NCBI GenBank assembly: GCA_963776345.1
Contig: CAVZMH010000010.1
Location: 1 to 63,838, forward strand
Direction: 5' to 3'
DNA length: 63,838 nt
Source: an uncultured delta proteobacterium
GTDB lineage: Bacteria; Myxococcota; Myxococcia; Myxococcales; Myxococcaceae
Positions 30,199 through 40,428 of this stretch are shown piece by piece; the stretch's first letter is position 1; every line of letters begins with the position of its first letter. The translations under genes were made by a program, and so were the position numbers. The notes beneath the pieces were generated by a model. The model did no database searches and was not told where the DNA came from. It saw only the letters and a list, made by a program, of their open reading frames with translations.

Positions 30199-30480
30199 CT
30201 ACTTCTTGGCGACGATGACCTTGCCGCCCTTGTCGGTGCACTCCTTCTCGGTCTTGGTCGCCTGCCAGCCCTGGCCCTTGCAGCCGTTCTGGCCGCCGCA
30301 GCCGTGCCCGCCGCCGGCGCACGAGCCGGTGCCCTTGCAGGAGTTGATGCCGGCGCACTTCACCTCGCCGCCGGCCTTGTCGTGGCCCGCGGCGGCCTTG
30401 TCCGCGGCGTGGGCGGCGGTGGCGAACATCGCGCACACGGCCGAGGCGATGAGGGCGCCCTTGAGATTTTTTCCGTTCAT
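30199..30480 (-). CDS. bufA: Cys-rich exported RiPP precursor (bufferin BufA2-like)
   Basis: Signal peptide ending AHA; core KCAGINSCKG..C..CGGQNGCKG..EC..KGG; directly upstream of DUF692. Confidence 0.88.
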   Translation of the reverse strand: MNGKNLKGALIASAVCAMFATAAHAADKAAAGHDKAGGEVKCAGINSCKGTGSCAGGGHGCGGQNGCKGQGWQATKTEKECTDKGGKVIVAKK

Positions 30481-30732
30481 GTTCGACACTTCCTCTCTTC
30501 TTCGGGACTGCGGGTGGACGGCCGCGGAACGCACGGCGCGTTTTCTCCGCTCGCACGGGGGCGAGCGGAACTTTCGGGGGGCGAGGCGAGCAGGGTCGGC
30601 TCCAGCGTACCCTCCTCGGCGACCACCTTGGCCAGCAGGCAGCGAGCAGGGGCGCGCTTGCCGGTTGTGGCCCGCTGGCGGAGGTGCTCGGTCCTGGTCG
30701 GGTCGGTGTTCACGATGAATGCTCTGCGGGGG

Positions 30733-30758
30733 TACGGGACAACGCCCGGACAGGTTAC
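30733..30758 (-). promoter_or_regulatory. ECF (SigF/ECF16-like) promoter GTAACC-N16-CGTA upstream of the bufABC-like operon
   Basis: Same motif as upstream of doxX; resembles the Caulobacter SigF consensus GTAACC-N16-CGAA. Confidence 0.65.
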
Positions 30759-30866
30759 GAAGCTGGTGGTGATGTGCTTGCCGGGCGGCGCGTCAAAGAC
30801 TCCGTTCAGCGTGTCGTTACCGGCCTTTCCGTCGACGCGGAGCGTCTGCACCGACGCCGAGAGGAC

Positions 30867-31499
30867 TCACGCGGGGCGGGTGGACGCCAGGCTTGGCCGG
30901 GCGGCGTGGGTCGTCTCGAGGGCGAGCAGCTCGGTCCACGGCGCGAGGTCCATCCGGTTCCGGAAGCGGATCCACCCGAGAAGGGACATCACCGCCACGT
31001 CGGCGTAGGCGAGCCGGCCGGGCGCGAGCGTGCGCTTGCCCCGGTACGTCGTCTCGAGCCAGTCAAGGCATCCCCGGCCCCGGTCCACCTGGCGGCGGAG
31101 GTACGAGGACTGCTCGGCCCGGATGCCGTCGTTCTCCAGCAGGAAGACGTTCACCAGGCTGTCCTGCGCCGCGTCGACCACCGAGACCACGTTCTGATCG
31201 AGGAGCGAGAGCGCCGGTTCGAAGAGGGTCTCCTGGAACGGCGGCTCCCCGCCGGGCTTCGGGTGGGGGAGGGAGTACAGCAGGGCGGCGATGACCCGGG
31301 ACTCGAAGACGTGCCGCACCGGCGCACCCGGGCCGAGGTCGAGCATCGGCACGCGCCGGATCGGCGAGGCGACGGTGAACTCGGGCGCCGGGTCCTGCCA
31401 GCCGTGGGCGTCGCGCTCGAACGGGAGCCGCAGCTCCGAGAGCACGACCCGCACTCGGCGGACGTACGGCGAGGCATCGTGACCGAAGAGCTTCAGCAA
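30867..31499 (-). CDS. Glutathione S-transferase family protein
   Basis: SPYVRRVR, PIRRVPML, FESRVI, YADVA; TTG start with GGAGG RBS. Confidence 0.88.
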   Translation of the reverse strand: MLKLFGHDASPYVRRVRVVLSELRLPFERDAHGWQDPAPEFTVASPIRRVPMLDLGPGAPVRHVFESRVIAALLYSLPHPKPGGEPPFQETLFEPALSLLDQNVVSVVDAAQDSLVNVFLLENDGIRAEQSSYLRRQVDRGRGCLDWLETTYRGKRTLAPGRLAYADVAVMSLLGWIRFRNRMDLAPWTELLALETTHAARPSLASTRPA

Positions 31500-31661
31500 G
31501 GGGGGAACCTCCGCCCGGGCGAGGGAGTCTCCCGAGTTGAGCCCGGGGCCGCGGTCCGTGTCGAGCGGCCACGGCCATGCCCTCGGGCGGGGATGCCAGC
31601 CGGGGTGCCAAACACCTCGTTACCCCTCGTTACCGTCCGAGCCGGCGCGTTCGAGGCGGGC

Positions 31662-32740
31662 TCAGACCGGCACCAGCACCGCTGGCGTCCGTCCGGTCTG
31701 CGCCCGGTAGCGCTCCGCCACCTGCTCCATCGATGCGCGCAATCCCTCGGGCCGGGCCGCCACCACCATCGCCCCACCGAAGCCCCCGCCGGTCAGCCGC
31801 GCCCCGAAGACGCCCGGCGCCTCCGCCGCCAGCGCCACCAGCCGGTCCAGGTCGGGCACGCTCACCTGGTAGTCGTCCCGCAGCGACCGATGCGACGCGG
31901 CGAGCAGCGCTCCAAGCCGCTCGAGCGCCCCGGATCGGAGCGCCTCCACCGCCTCGAGCACCCGCGCGTTCTCCGTCACCACGTGCCTCGCCCGACGGTC
32001 CAGCGGCGCGCGGAGCCGCTCGATGCGGGGCAGGTCCTCCAGGCTCAGGGCACGGAGGCTCGTCACCCCGAGCGCCCGCGTCGCCTCTTCGCACTCGCGG
32101 CGGCGGACCCGGTACTCGCCGCTCGCATGGTCGTGCGAGATGCCGGAGTGCACCACCGCGATGCCGAGGCCCCCCGGGAGCGGCAGGCTCTCGGTTCGCA
32201 GCGACTGCGTGTCGATGAACAGCGCCGAGTGCGGCCGCCCGAGGCTCGAGGCCATCTGATCCATCACCCCCACCGGAGCGCCGACGAACTCCACCTCCGC
32301 CCGCTGGCCGAGCAGCGCCAGCTGGACGTCGTCCAGCTCCCAGCCGAACGCCTGGCGGAGCGCCCGAAGGAACGAGACCTCCAGCGCCGCGCTCGAGGAC
32401 AGTCCGCTCCCGAGCGGCACCTCGGAGTCCACCCGCGCGTCGAAGCCGCGAGCGCCCGGGGCCGCGAGACCGCCGTCACGCCCTGCACGTAGTCCAGCCA
32501 GTCATGGCGCGGCCTCTCGGCGCCCACGTGGTACGTCTCCGTCCGTCCGAGGGCGACCGAGTGCACCCGGGCGACGTCGTCGCTGCGCACCCGCAGCTCC
32601 ACCCGCGTCCTCTGCGGGAGGGTCACCGGAAGCACGAAGCCGCCCGAGTAGTCGGTGTGCTCGCCGATGAGGTTCGCCCGTCCGGGCGCCTCGGCCGTCA
32701 CCTCCGGGTCCGCCCCGAAGAGCTCGCGAAAGTTGCTCAT
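31662..32740 (-). CDS. galK: Galactokinase (frameshift near 32450)
   Basis: [14 protein letters not shown] in one frame; [16 protein letters not shown] and [11 protein letters not shown] in the next. Confidence 0.92.
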
Positions 32741-32823
32741 CCGTGCTCGTCCTCGACCATCACCAAGGGACAGGCTAGGCGCGTCCGCCTCCACCGGGGA
32801 GGGGTGCTAGGGTCCCCCCCACC

Positions 32824-33184
32824 ATGGCCTCCACTCCGCACCTGACACGGAACCAGCTGGGCCGGTTCGAGGAGCGGCTCCAGCGCGAGCGTGCCCGGCT
32901 GCTCGGGCTCACCAGCACCTCCGACACCCCCGCCGAGATGCCCGGTCTCGCCGACCCGAGTGACGCCGCCGACGTCGCCGAGGTCCAGGTGGAACGGACC
33001 ACCCAGAACACCCTCACCGAGGGTCGAGCGGGCGCAGCTCGCGCAGGTGAATCGCGCCCTGGCCAAGCTGACCGAGGGGTCCTACGGCCTGAGCGACGTG
33101 ACCGGCGAGCCCATCCCGCTCGCCCGCCTGGAAGCCCTGCCCTGGGCGACCACCAACGTCGAGGACGCACCCCGCCGGGGCTGA
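32824..33184 (+). CDS. TraR/DksA-family protein without zinc-finger Cys (frameshift near 33022)
   Basis: Coiled coil with DAADVA; then ALAKLTEGSYGLSDVTGEPIPLARLEALPWA in the shifted frame. Confidence 0.85.
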
Positions 33185-33206
33185 CCCACCGTCGCTCGAG
33201 TCCCGC

Positions 33207-33449
33207 TCATCGCCCGACGCGAAGGCGGTCGAGGGCGAGCTGGACCTCTTCGAGGAGGGCCTCGCGGGTCGTCCGCGAAGGGACACACCATGAGCTGGTC
33301 GTCCCATCGACCTCGCACGACGAATGCGGCGCGTCTCCCAGCGGTCCCTCGATGCGGACCCGCGACGTTGCGCGCACGAAGCGGCTCCAGCCCCACAGGA
33401 CGAGGGCGATGGGCCATTCGAGGGCTCGCCAGAACACGTGCCCGAGCAC
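33207..33449 (-). pseudogene. Possible internally deleted remnant of a DUF374/acyltransferase-like gene
   Basis: N-terminal TM + RATSRVRIEG and C-terminal EEVQLALDRL with no core in between; weak recognition. Confidence 0.25.
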
Positions 33450-33466
33450 CGCCCGGCCCTCGCCGG

Positions 33467-33772
33467 TCAGTCCTCGGGCTCGGTCACCGTGACGTGGATC
33501 AGCACGCTCGCGCCCAGGCCGGTCCCGGCGCGGCAGTACGTGCTGCCTGGCGCCAGCCCCTTCAGCACCAGGGTGTTGTGCTTCTTGTCCTTCGACGTCA
33601 CCAGCTTCGCGCTGACCACGCTCAGGTCGTCGCAGTTCAGCCCCGAGGCCTGGCCGACGTTGAGCTGGGCGCTGTGCCCGACCTCGATCTCCACCTGCTG
33701 CGACGGCTGGGCGCGGGCAGGCCCGGCCAGCAGCGCCGCGAGCAGGAGCAGAAGCGGAGAGGTCCTGGACAC
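33467..33772 (-). CDS. Small secreted beta-sandwich protein (pilus/secretin N-domain-like)
   Basis: Signal peptide (ARA-Q), LVLKGLAPGSTYC..VTV, two Cys. Confidence 0.65.
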   Translation of the reverse strand: MSRTSPLLLLLAALLAGPARAQPSQQVEIEVGHSAQLNVGQASGLNCDDLSVVSAKLVTSKDKKHNTLVLKGLAPGSTYCRAGTGLGASVLIHVTVTEPED

Positions 33773-33810
33773 GGCTGCCGAGCGTAGCCCAACGGCGGCG
33801 CGGCGCGTCG

Positions 33811-34887
33811 TCAGGGGCCGGCGCGACCCGGTGCGGGAGGCCCGTCGGGTGCGGCCGCGGCGTCCAGCCGGACCTTTCCCCGGAACATCCGGGCGAGGAA
33901 CACGAAGTAGCCGCAGGCCAGCGGAAGCCCCAGCAGGGTCCAGCTCAGCGCCACCCGGAGCCCGTGGTGGGTGGTGGCCGCCGCGAAGGCGTCGAGCGAG
34001 AGCGAGGGGCCGAGGCTCGACCGCAGTAGCACCGGCCAGCGCGCGGCCGCGCCCGTCCCGAGCAGCGTGAAGAGGGTGCCCGCCGACCCGAGGAAGGCCA
34101 CCCCCGCCTGGCCGAGGACCAGTCCCCGGGCGAGCGCCGCCGCCGATGCGGCCAGGAGCGCGGCGAGGACCCAGACCAGGGGCCTCTGCGCGGCGGCGCC
34201 GGGGATCTCGGGCGCGACCCGCACCGTCGCCCACGTCACCAGGGGGAAGAGCGCGCCAGCCCCGATCCACAGCAACTGCGCGGCGCGGGAGCTCCGGGCA
34301 TGCACCGCCCCGTCCGTCTTCAGGGCCAGGTACAGCCCGCCGTGTCCCCCGAGGGCCAGCAGGGTGAAGACGCCCACCAGCACCGTGTACGCGTCGAGCA
34401 CCCCCGAGTCCTTGCCCGGCCAGAAGCTGTCGAAGAGGGGAATCTGGAACGTGCCGGTCCGGTCCAGCGGCACCCCGCGGAGCACGTTGCCCAGCGCGGC
34501 CCCGAGCACGATGGCGATGAGCGAGCTGCCGAGGGCGAAGGTGACGTCCCAGAACGCGGCCCAGAGCGGGTCGTGCACGTGGGTGCGGAACTCGATGGAG
34601 AGGCCCCGGAGGATGAGCACCCAGAGGAGCAGCATCAGGGGCATGTAGAACCCGCTGAACCCCACCGCGTAGGCGACGGGAAACGCCGCGAAGAGCGCCC
34701 CGCCTCCGGCGATGAGCCAGACCTCGTTCCCGTCCCAGACCGGCCCGATGGCGGCGAGCACCGTCCGGCGCTCGGCGTCGGTGCGGGCCACGACCAGGTG
34801 CAGGAACCCGGCGCCGAAGTCGAAGCCGTCGAGCACCACGTAGACCGCGAGCATCCCGGCGACGATGGCGAACCAGAGCGCTTCCAT
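33811..34887 (-). CDS. cydB: Cytochrome bd oxidase subunit II
   Basis: YVVLDGFDFG, GPVWDGNEVWL, LRGLSIEFR. Confidence 0.96.
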   Translation of the reverse strand: MEALWFAIVAGMLAVYVVLDGFDFGAGFLHLVVARTDAERRTVLAAIGPVWDGNEVWLIAGGGALFAAFPVAYAVGFSGFYMPLMLLLWVLILRGLSIEFRTHVHDPLWAAFWDVTFALGSSLIAIVLGAALGNVLRGVPLDRTGTFQIPLFDSFWPGKDSGVLDAYTVLVGVFTLLALGGHGGLYLALKTDGAVHARSSRAAQLLWIGAGALFPLVTWATVRVAPEIPGAAAQRPLVWVLAALLAASAAALARGLVLGQAGVAFLGSAGTLFTLLGTGAAARWPVLLRSSLGPSLSLDAFAAATTHHGLRVALSWTLLGLPLACGYFVFLARMFRGKVRLDAAAAPDGPPAPGRAGP

Positions 34888-36260
34888 CACCCGGCCTCCC
34901 CGGCGAGCGACGGCCGCAGCCCGGCCTCGGCCCCGCCGTGCGGCGCTCCCGGCCCGTGGGCGATCTCCCGTCCCACCAGGTACAGGAAGAGGATCCCCAT
35001 CACCAGATAGAGGCCAGCGAAGCCGATGAGCGTGAAGAGCGCGTTCCCGGCCGAGACGCGCGGCGAGGTGCCCTCGGCGGTGCGCATCAGCCCGTAGACC
35101 AGCCAGGGCTGCCGGCCCATCTCCGCGGTCATCCACCCGGCGGTGGTGGCGATGTACGGGAACGGCATGGCCAGCATCAGCGCCCAGAGCAGACCGCGCG
35201 ACCGCTCGAGCCGACCTCGCCAGAGCTGCAGCGCCGCCAGCGCGAGCAGGGCGATGAACAGCGTCCCGAGCCCGGCCATCACGTGGTAGGCGTAGTAGAG
35301 CAGCTCGATGTTGTCCGGCCAGTGGTCTTGCGGGATGCGGTCGAGGCCGGTGACGGTGCTCCCGAAGCTCCCGTAGACCAGGAAGCTGAGCATCCCGGGC
35401 AGCACCACCGGGTTCTCCAGCCGGCGGCGCTCCACGTCGGGCTGGCCGATGATCGCCAGCTCGGCGCCGGGCTTGCTCTCGAACAGCCCCTCCATCGCTG
35501 CCAGCGTCGCCGGCTGCTTCTCGGCCAGCAGCTTCCCGTGCTGGTCCCCGGTGGGGAAGATGAGCAGGCAGGAGGCGACGAGCCCCGCCACGACGCCGGT
35601 GCGGAGCGCGAGCGCGGCGTGCTCCCGGTGACGCCCCGAGAGCGACCAGAACGCCCCCACCCCGGCGACCACAAAGGACGCGGTCACCACCGAGGCGGTC
35701 ATGTTGTGGAGGTACTGCCAGATGGCCCACGGGTTGAGGACGAAGGCCCAGAAGTCGGCGAGCTGCAGCCGTCCGTCCGGGCCGACCACGTGCCCCACCG
35801 GGGCCTGCATGAAGGCGTTGGTGGCGATGATGAAGTAGCCGGAGAGCCAGCTGCCGGCCCACAGCGCCACGGCCGAGGCGAGGTGCAGGCGCGGCCCGAA
35901 CCGCTTCTCACCGTAGAGGAAGAGCCCGAGGAAGGTGGACTCGAGGAAGAAGGCGAAGAGGCCCTCCATCGCCAGCGTCTGGCCGATGACTCCACCGGCG
36001 AACTGGCTGAAGCGCGACCAGTTGGTCCCGAACTGGAACTCCATCGGGATGCCGGTCACCACGCCCAGCGCGAAGGTGACGCCGAAGATGCGGGCCCAGA
36101 ACCGCGCGGCGTCGGCGTGGAGCGCGCTGCCGGTCCGGACCGCCCTCCACTTGAAGAGGACGATGAGGAACGCGAGCCCCATCGTCAGCTGCGGGAACAG
36201 ATAGTGGTAGGTGACGGTGAAGCCGAAGTGCAGGCGGTGCCAGAACAGCGCGTCACTCAT
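34887..36260 (-). CDS. cydA: Cytochrome bd oxidase subunit I
   Basis: HYLFP, GVVTGIPMEFQFGTNW, AFFLES, GWMTAEMGRQPW. Confidence 0.97.
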   Translation of the reverse strand: MSDALFWHRLHFGFTVTYHYLFPQLTMGLAFLIVLFKWRAVRTGSALHADAARFWARIFGVTFALGVVTGIPMEFQFGTNWSRFSQFAGGVIGQTLAMEGLFAFFLESTFLGLFLYGEKRFGPRLHLASAVALWAGSWLSGYFIIATNAFMQAPVGHVVGPDGRLQLADFWAFVLNPWAIWQYLHNMTASVVTASFVVAGVGAFWSLSGRHREHAALALRTGVVAGLVASCLLIFPTGDQHGKLLAEKQPATLAAMEGLFESKPGAELAIIGQPDVERRRLENPVVLPGMLSFLVYGSFGSTVTGLDRIPQDHWPDNIELLYYAYHVMAGLGTLFIALLALAALQLWRGRLERSRGLLWALMLAMPFPYIATTAGWMTAEMGRQPWLVYGLMRTAEGTSPRVSAGNALFTLIGFAGLYLVMGILFLYLVGREIAHGPGAPHGGAEAGLRPSLAGEAG

Positions 36261-36340
36261 GGAGTCACGCCCTCGCAGGGTGGGGCGCGAGAGTCTGCAC
36301 GCGCCGGGGTTCTGCCGTCGAGCAGCAAGGTCGCGGTGGC

Positions 36341-37445
36341 TCAGCGCGGCGGGCTGCCGAGCACCCGGTGCACGTCGGCGAGGACGCTCAGGTCCTCCCG
36401 CGCGACGACCCGCAGCACCCGCACCGGGGCGCCCTCCTGGGCGAGGTCCACGTCGCCCCCGGGCGCCTCGTTCCGGTCCCGGTCGAGCGCCACGCCGACG
36501 AAGGCGAACGCGCGACAGGCGTCGGTCCGCAGGCGCGCGGAGTGCTCGCCGGCGCCGCCGGTGAAGACCAGCACGTCCAGCCCGCCGAGCACGCCCACCG
36601 CCCCGCCCACCGTCCGGATCAGCGTGTGGAGGTACACGCCGTACGCCGTGCGTGCGCGCGCCTCGCCGCCGTCGGCGCGCTCGATCACCTCCCGGAGGTC
36701 CGCCGTCCCCGCGAGCCCGAGGAGACCGCACTCGTTCTCCAGCCTCGCCTCGAGCTCCCGCGGCGCCGCGCCGAGGTGCTCGGCCAGCGCCACCACCGCC
36801 CCGGGGTCCAGGTGCCCGGGCCGGGTGGCCATCACCAGCCCGTCCAGCGGCGTGTAGCCCATGCTGGTGTCCGCCGAGCGCCCCTCGCGGACGGCGGTGA
36901 CCGACGCGCCGCTTCCGAGGTGACAGACCACCACCCGGGGCGGAAGCACGCCGAGCAGCGCCGCGGTCCGGCGCAGCGCGTGGACGATGCTCAGGCCGTG
37001 GAAGCCGTAGCGGCGGAGGGCGAGCGGCTCGGCCCAGGCCGGCGGCACCGCGTACAGCCGCGCCTCCTCGGGCATCGTCGCGTGGAAGGCGGTGTCGAAC
37101 GCGCAGACCTGGGGGACGTCCGGCAGCAGCCTGGCGCACGCATCGACACAGGCCAGCGCCGGCCCCATGTGCCTCGCCGCCGAGCGGCCGGAGCGCCTCG
37201 AGCGTCGTGCGCACGCGGTCGTCGAGCCGGACCGGCCCGGCGAAGCTGGGACCGCCATGCACCATCCGGTGTCCGATGGCCGACGGCCTGCCGATCCGCC
37301 CCAGCGCGCGCGCGACGTGCCCGCCGGCGGCCTCGACCGACGGGGTCCACGCCTCGCTCGCCGAGGCGACGAGGGTGCCGTCGTCCTCGAGGGCCGACCA
37401 CTTGAGGCTGCTCGAGCCGACGTTGACCACCAGGACCGGAGCCAC
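36341..37445 (-). CDS. ackA: Acetate kinase (apparent +1 frameshift near 37181)
   Basis: NVGSSSLK, HRMVHGG; then FDTAFH, RYGFHG, HLGSGAS, FTGG.GE in the shifted frame. Confidence 0.92.
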
Positions 37446-37525
37446 GACCGCGGAGACTAGCCCCCCGTCCGCCCCCCGGAAGGCCTAGAACCTGACCCAG
37501 CACCAGGGACCCTCGGAGGCCGACC

Positions 37526-39880
37526 ATGCCCGACGCGCTGACCCCGGACGAACTGCGGCTGATCGACGCCTGGTGGCGCGCGGCCAACTACCTCACCGTC
37601 GGGCAGATCTACCTCCAGGACAACCCGCTGCTCCGCGAGCCGCTCCGCCCCGAGCACATCAAGCCGCGGCTGCTCGGGCACTGGGGAACGAGCCCGGGCC
37701 TGAGCCTGGTCTACGCGCACCTCAACCGGCTCATCCGGCGCGACGGCTTCCCCGCCATCTACCTGGCCGGCCCGGGGCACGGCGGCCCGGCGGTCGTCGC
37801 CTGCACCTACCTCGAGGGGACGTACAGCGAGGTGTACCCGCGGGTGACCCCGGACGCGACGGGCATGAAGCGGCTCTTCCGCCAGTTCTCCACCCCCGGT
37901 GGCATCCCCAGCCACGTCAGCGCTCCCACCCCCGGCTCCATCCACGAGGGCGGGGAGCTGGGCTACGTGCTGACCCACGCCTTCGGCGCGGTGTTCGACG
38001 ATCCGGAGCTCATCGCCGTCGCGGTGGTGGGCGACGGCGAGGCCGAGACCGGCCCGCTCGAGGGCAGCTGGAAGGGCATCACCTACCTGAACCCGGCCCG
38101 CGACGGCGCGGTCCTCCCCGTCCTGCACCTCAACGGGTACAAGATCTCCAGCGCCACCGTGCTCGGCCGCTCCACCGACGCGCAGGTTCGCTCGCTCCTC
38201 GAGGGCCACGGCTACGAGGTCCTCTTCGTGGAGGGAGACGACCCGCCGCGGGTGCACCAGGCGCTCGCCGCCGCGCTCGACGGGTGCCTGGAGCGCATCC
38301 GCCGCATCCAGTCGTCGGCCCGCAGCTCGGGGGTGAAGGACCGGCCGCGCTGGCCGGCGCTGGTGCTCCGGACGCCCAAGGGCTGGACCGGCCCGGACGT
38401 GGTGGACGGCGTCCAGGTCGAGGGGACGTTCCGCGCCCACCAGGTGCCGCTCGCCGGCGTGCGCGACGACCCCGAGCACTTGAAGCGGCTCGAGGCCTGG
38501 ATGCGGAGCTACCGGCCGGCGGAGCTGTTCGACGCGCACGGCACGCTCCTCCCCGAGCTGCGGGCGCTCGCCCCGCGCGGCGAGCTCCGGATGAGCGCCA
38601 ACCCCCGGACCAGCGGCGAGACCGGTGAGCCCATCCGGATGCCGTCCCTCGAGCCGTACGCGGTGAAGGTGGAGGCCCCGGGCAGCCAGCGCGAGGAGTC
38701 CACGCGCCGGCTCGGCCAGCTCCTGCGCGACCTCTACCGCCAGAACCCCGGCCGGTTCCGCCTCTTCTGCCCCGACGAGTCGAACAGCAACCGCCTGGGC
38801 GCCGTGTTCGAGGAAACCGGGCGCGCCTTCATGCTCCCGGTGCTGCCCACCGACGACGCGCTCGGGCCCGACGGCCGGGTGATGGAGGTGCTCAGCGAGC
38901 ACAACTGCGAGGGGTGGCTGGAGGGCTACGTCCTCACCGGCCGGCACGGCCTCTTCGCCACCTACGAGTCGTTCGCGATGGTGGTGGCGTCGATGGCCAT
39001 CCAGCACTCGAAGTGGCTGGACGAGTCACTCAAGCTCGAGTGGCGGAAGCCGGTGCCCTCGCTGAACGTGCTGCTCACCAGTACTTGTTGGAGGAACGAC
39101 CACAACGGGTTCAGCCACCAGGGTCCGGGCTTCATCGACGCGATGCTGACCCGGAAGCCCACCGTCTCGCGCATCTACCTGCCGCCGGACGCCAACTGCC
39201 TGCTCTGGACCGCCCACCACTGCTTCCGCCACTCGGAGCACGTCAACGTCATCGTCATCGACAAGCAGCCCCAGCTCCAGTACCTCGACCTCGAGGCCGC
39301 CCACCGCCACTGCCAGCGCGGCGCCTCGGTCTGGGAGTGGGCCAGCAACGACGAGGGCGATCCGGACATCGTCATGGCCTGCGCGGGCGACGTGCCGACG
39401 ATGGAGACGCTCGCCGCGACCTGGCTCCTGCGCCGCGAGGCCCCCGGCCTGCGCATCCGGGTGGTGAACGTGGTGGATCTGATGTCCATGTTCACGCCCG
39501 AGGAGCACCCGCACGGGATGGACGAGCAGCGCTTCGTCGACCTCTTCACCCGGGACCGGGAGGTGGTGTTCGCCTTCCACGGCCACCCGCTCGGGATCCA
39601 TCACACCCTGCACGGTCGACCGAACGCGGCGCGCTTCCACGTGCGTGGCTTTCGCGAGCAGGGCACCACCACCACCCCCTTCGACATGGTGGTGCTCAAC
39701 GGGATCAGCCGCTACCACCTGGCCATCGAGGCGCTGCGGCGCGCGCGGCGCATCCCGGAGAGCTCGCCGGCGCTGGTCGAGCGATTCAACGACCAGCTGA
39801 GGCGCCACCGCGCCTACGTCGAGGAGCACCTGGAGGACATGCCCGAGGTGCGCGACTGGACCTGGACTCCGCCCGGGTGA
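37526..39880 (+). CDS. xfp: Xylulose-5-P/fructose-6-P phosphoketolase
   Basis: [48 protein letters not shown]. Confidence 0.97.
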   Translation: MPDALTPDELRLIDAWWRAANYLTVGQIYLQDNPLLREPLRPEHIKPRLLGHWGTSPGLSLVYAHLNRLIRRDGFPAIYLAGPGHGGPAVVACTYLEGTYSEVYPRVTPDATGMKRLFRQFSTPGGIPSHVSAPTPGSIHEGGELGYVLTHAFGAVFDDPELIAVAVVGDGEAETGPLEGSWKGITYLNPARDGAVLPVLHLNGYKISSATVLGRSTDAQVRSLLEGHGYEVLFVEGDDPPRVHQALAAALDGCLERIRRIQSSARSSGVKDRPRWPALVLRTPKGWTGPDVVDGVQVEGTFRAHQVPLAGVRDDPEHLKRLEAWMRSYRPAELFDAHGTLLPELRALAPRGELRMSANPRTSGETGEPIRMPSLEPYAVKVEAPGSQREESTRRLGQLLRDLYRQNPGRFRLFCPDESNSNRLGAVFEETGRAFMLPVLPTDDALGPDGRVMEVLSEHNCEGWLEGYVLTGRHGLFATYESFAMVVASMAIQHSKWLDESLKLEWRKPVPSLNVLLTSTCWRNDHNGFSHQGPGFIDAMLTRKPTVSRIYLPPDANCLLWTAHHCFRHSEHVNVIVIDKQPQLQYLDLEAAHRHCQRGASVWEWASNDEGDPDIVMACAGDVPTMETLAATWLLRREAPGLRIRVVNVVDLMSMFTPEEHPHGMDEQRFVDLFTRDREVVFAFHGHPLGIHHTLHGRPNAARFHVRGFREQGTTTTPFDMVVLNGISRYHLAIEALRRARRIPESSPALVERFNDQLRRHRAYVEEHLEDMPEVRDWTWTPPG

Positions 39881-39893
39881 GGGCGGGCGCTGG

Positions 39894-40244
39894 CTAGCGG
39901 GTGCGCGCCCGGGCGCTCCGGGCACGGGACTTTCGCCGCACCGCCGCCCCTCCGGACGAGCGTGCGCGCTTGGGCGGGTCAACCAGCGCGAGCAGGGCGG
40001 ACACCGTGCGGCGCTGCTGGAGCGGGTGGCGAAGCGACCGGTCGGCGTGGATGCGGTAGCGGTTCCGGCGGCCCACGCGCTCACGCCGCAGGTACCCCGC
40101 CGCCTCCAATTCTTGAAGGATCCGCTGGACCGCGCGCTCGGTGATGCCCACCCGCGCCGCGATGTCGCGGACCCGTGCCTCCGGGTCCTCCCACACGCAG
40201 AGCAGCACGTGGGTGTGGTTCGTCAGGAAGTTCCACGTCGCCAT
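39894..40244 (-). CDS. Winged-helix (AsnC/MarR-like HTH) transcriptional regulator
   Basis: WNFLTNH..RDIA..GITERAVQRI..GRRNRY. Confidence 0.88.
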   Translation of the reverse strand: MATWNFLTNHTHVLLCVWEDPEARVRDIAARVGITERAVQRILQELEAAGYLRRERVGRRNRYRIHADRSLRHPLQQRRTVSALLALVDPPKRARSSGGAAVRRKSRARSARARTR

Positions 40245-40428
40245 GGGTTCTGGACCTTAGCGGGCATGACGGCAATGGGAATCAGGGAACGACCACCAGG
40301 TCGGCCTTGGTCGACTCGGCCACCGAGCCATCGATGGCGACGACGATGCGGCGGAGCGGCATGCGGGGCGACCTCCGGCCATCAACCTAACGCCCCCGGT
40401 CGGCGAGACAAGGCGCGCCGGGTCGGCC

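Noticed and set aside
31591..31612. TTGGCAC sigma54-like box upstream of the GST gene
   Set aside because: The GG-to-GC spacing is 11, not the required 10.
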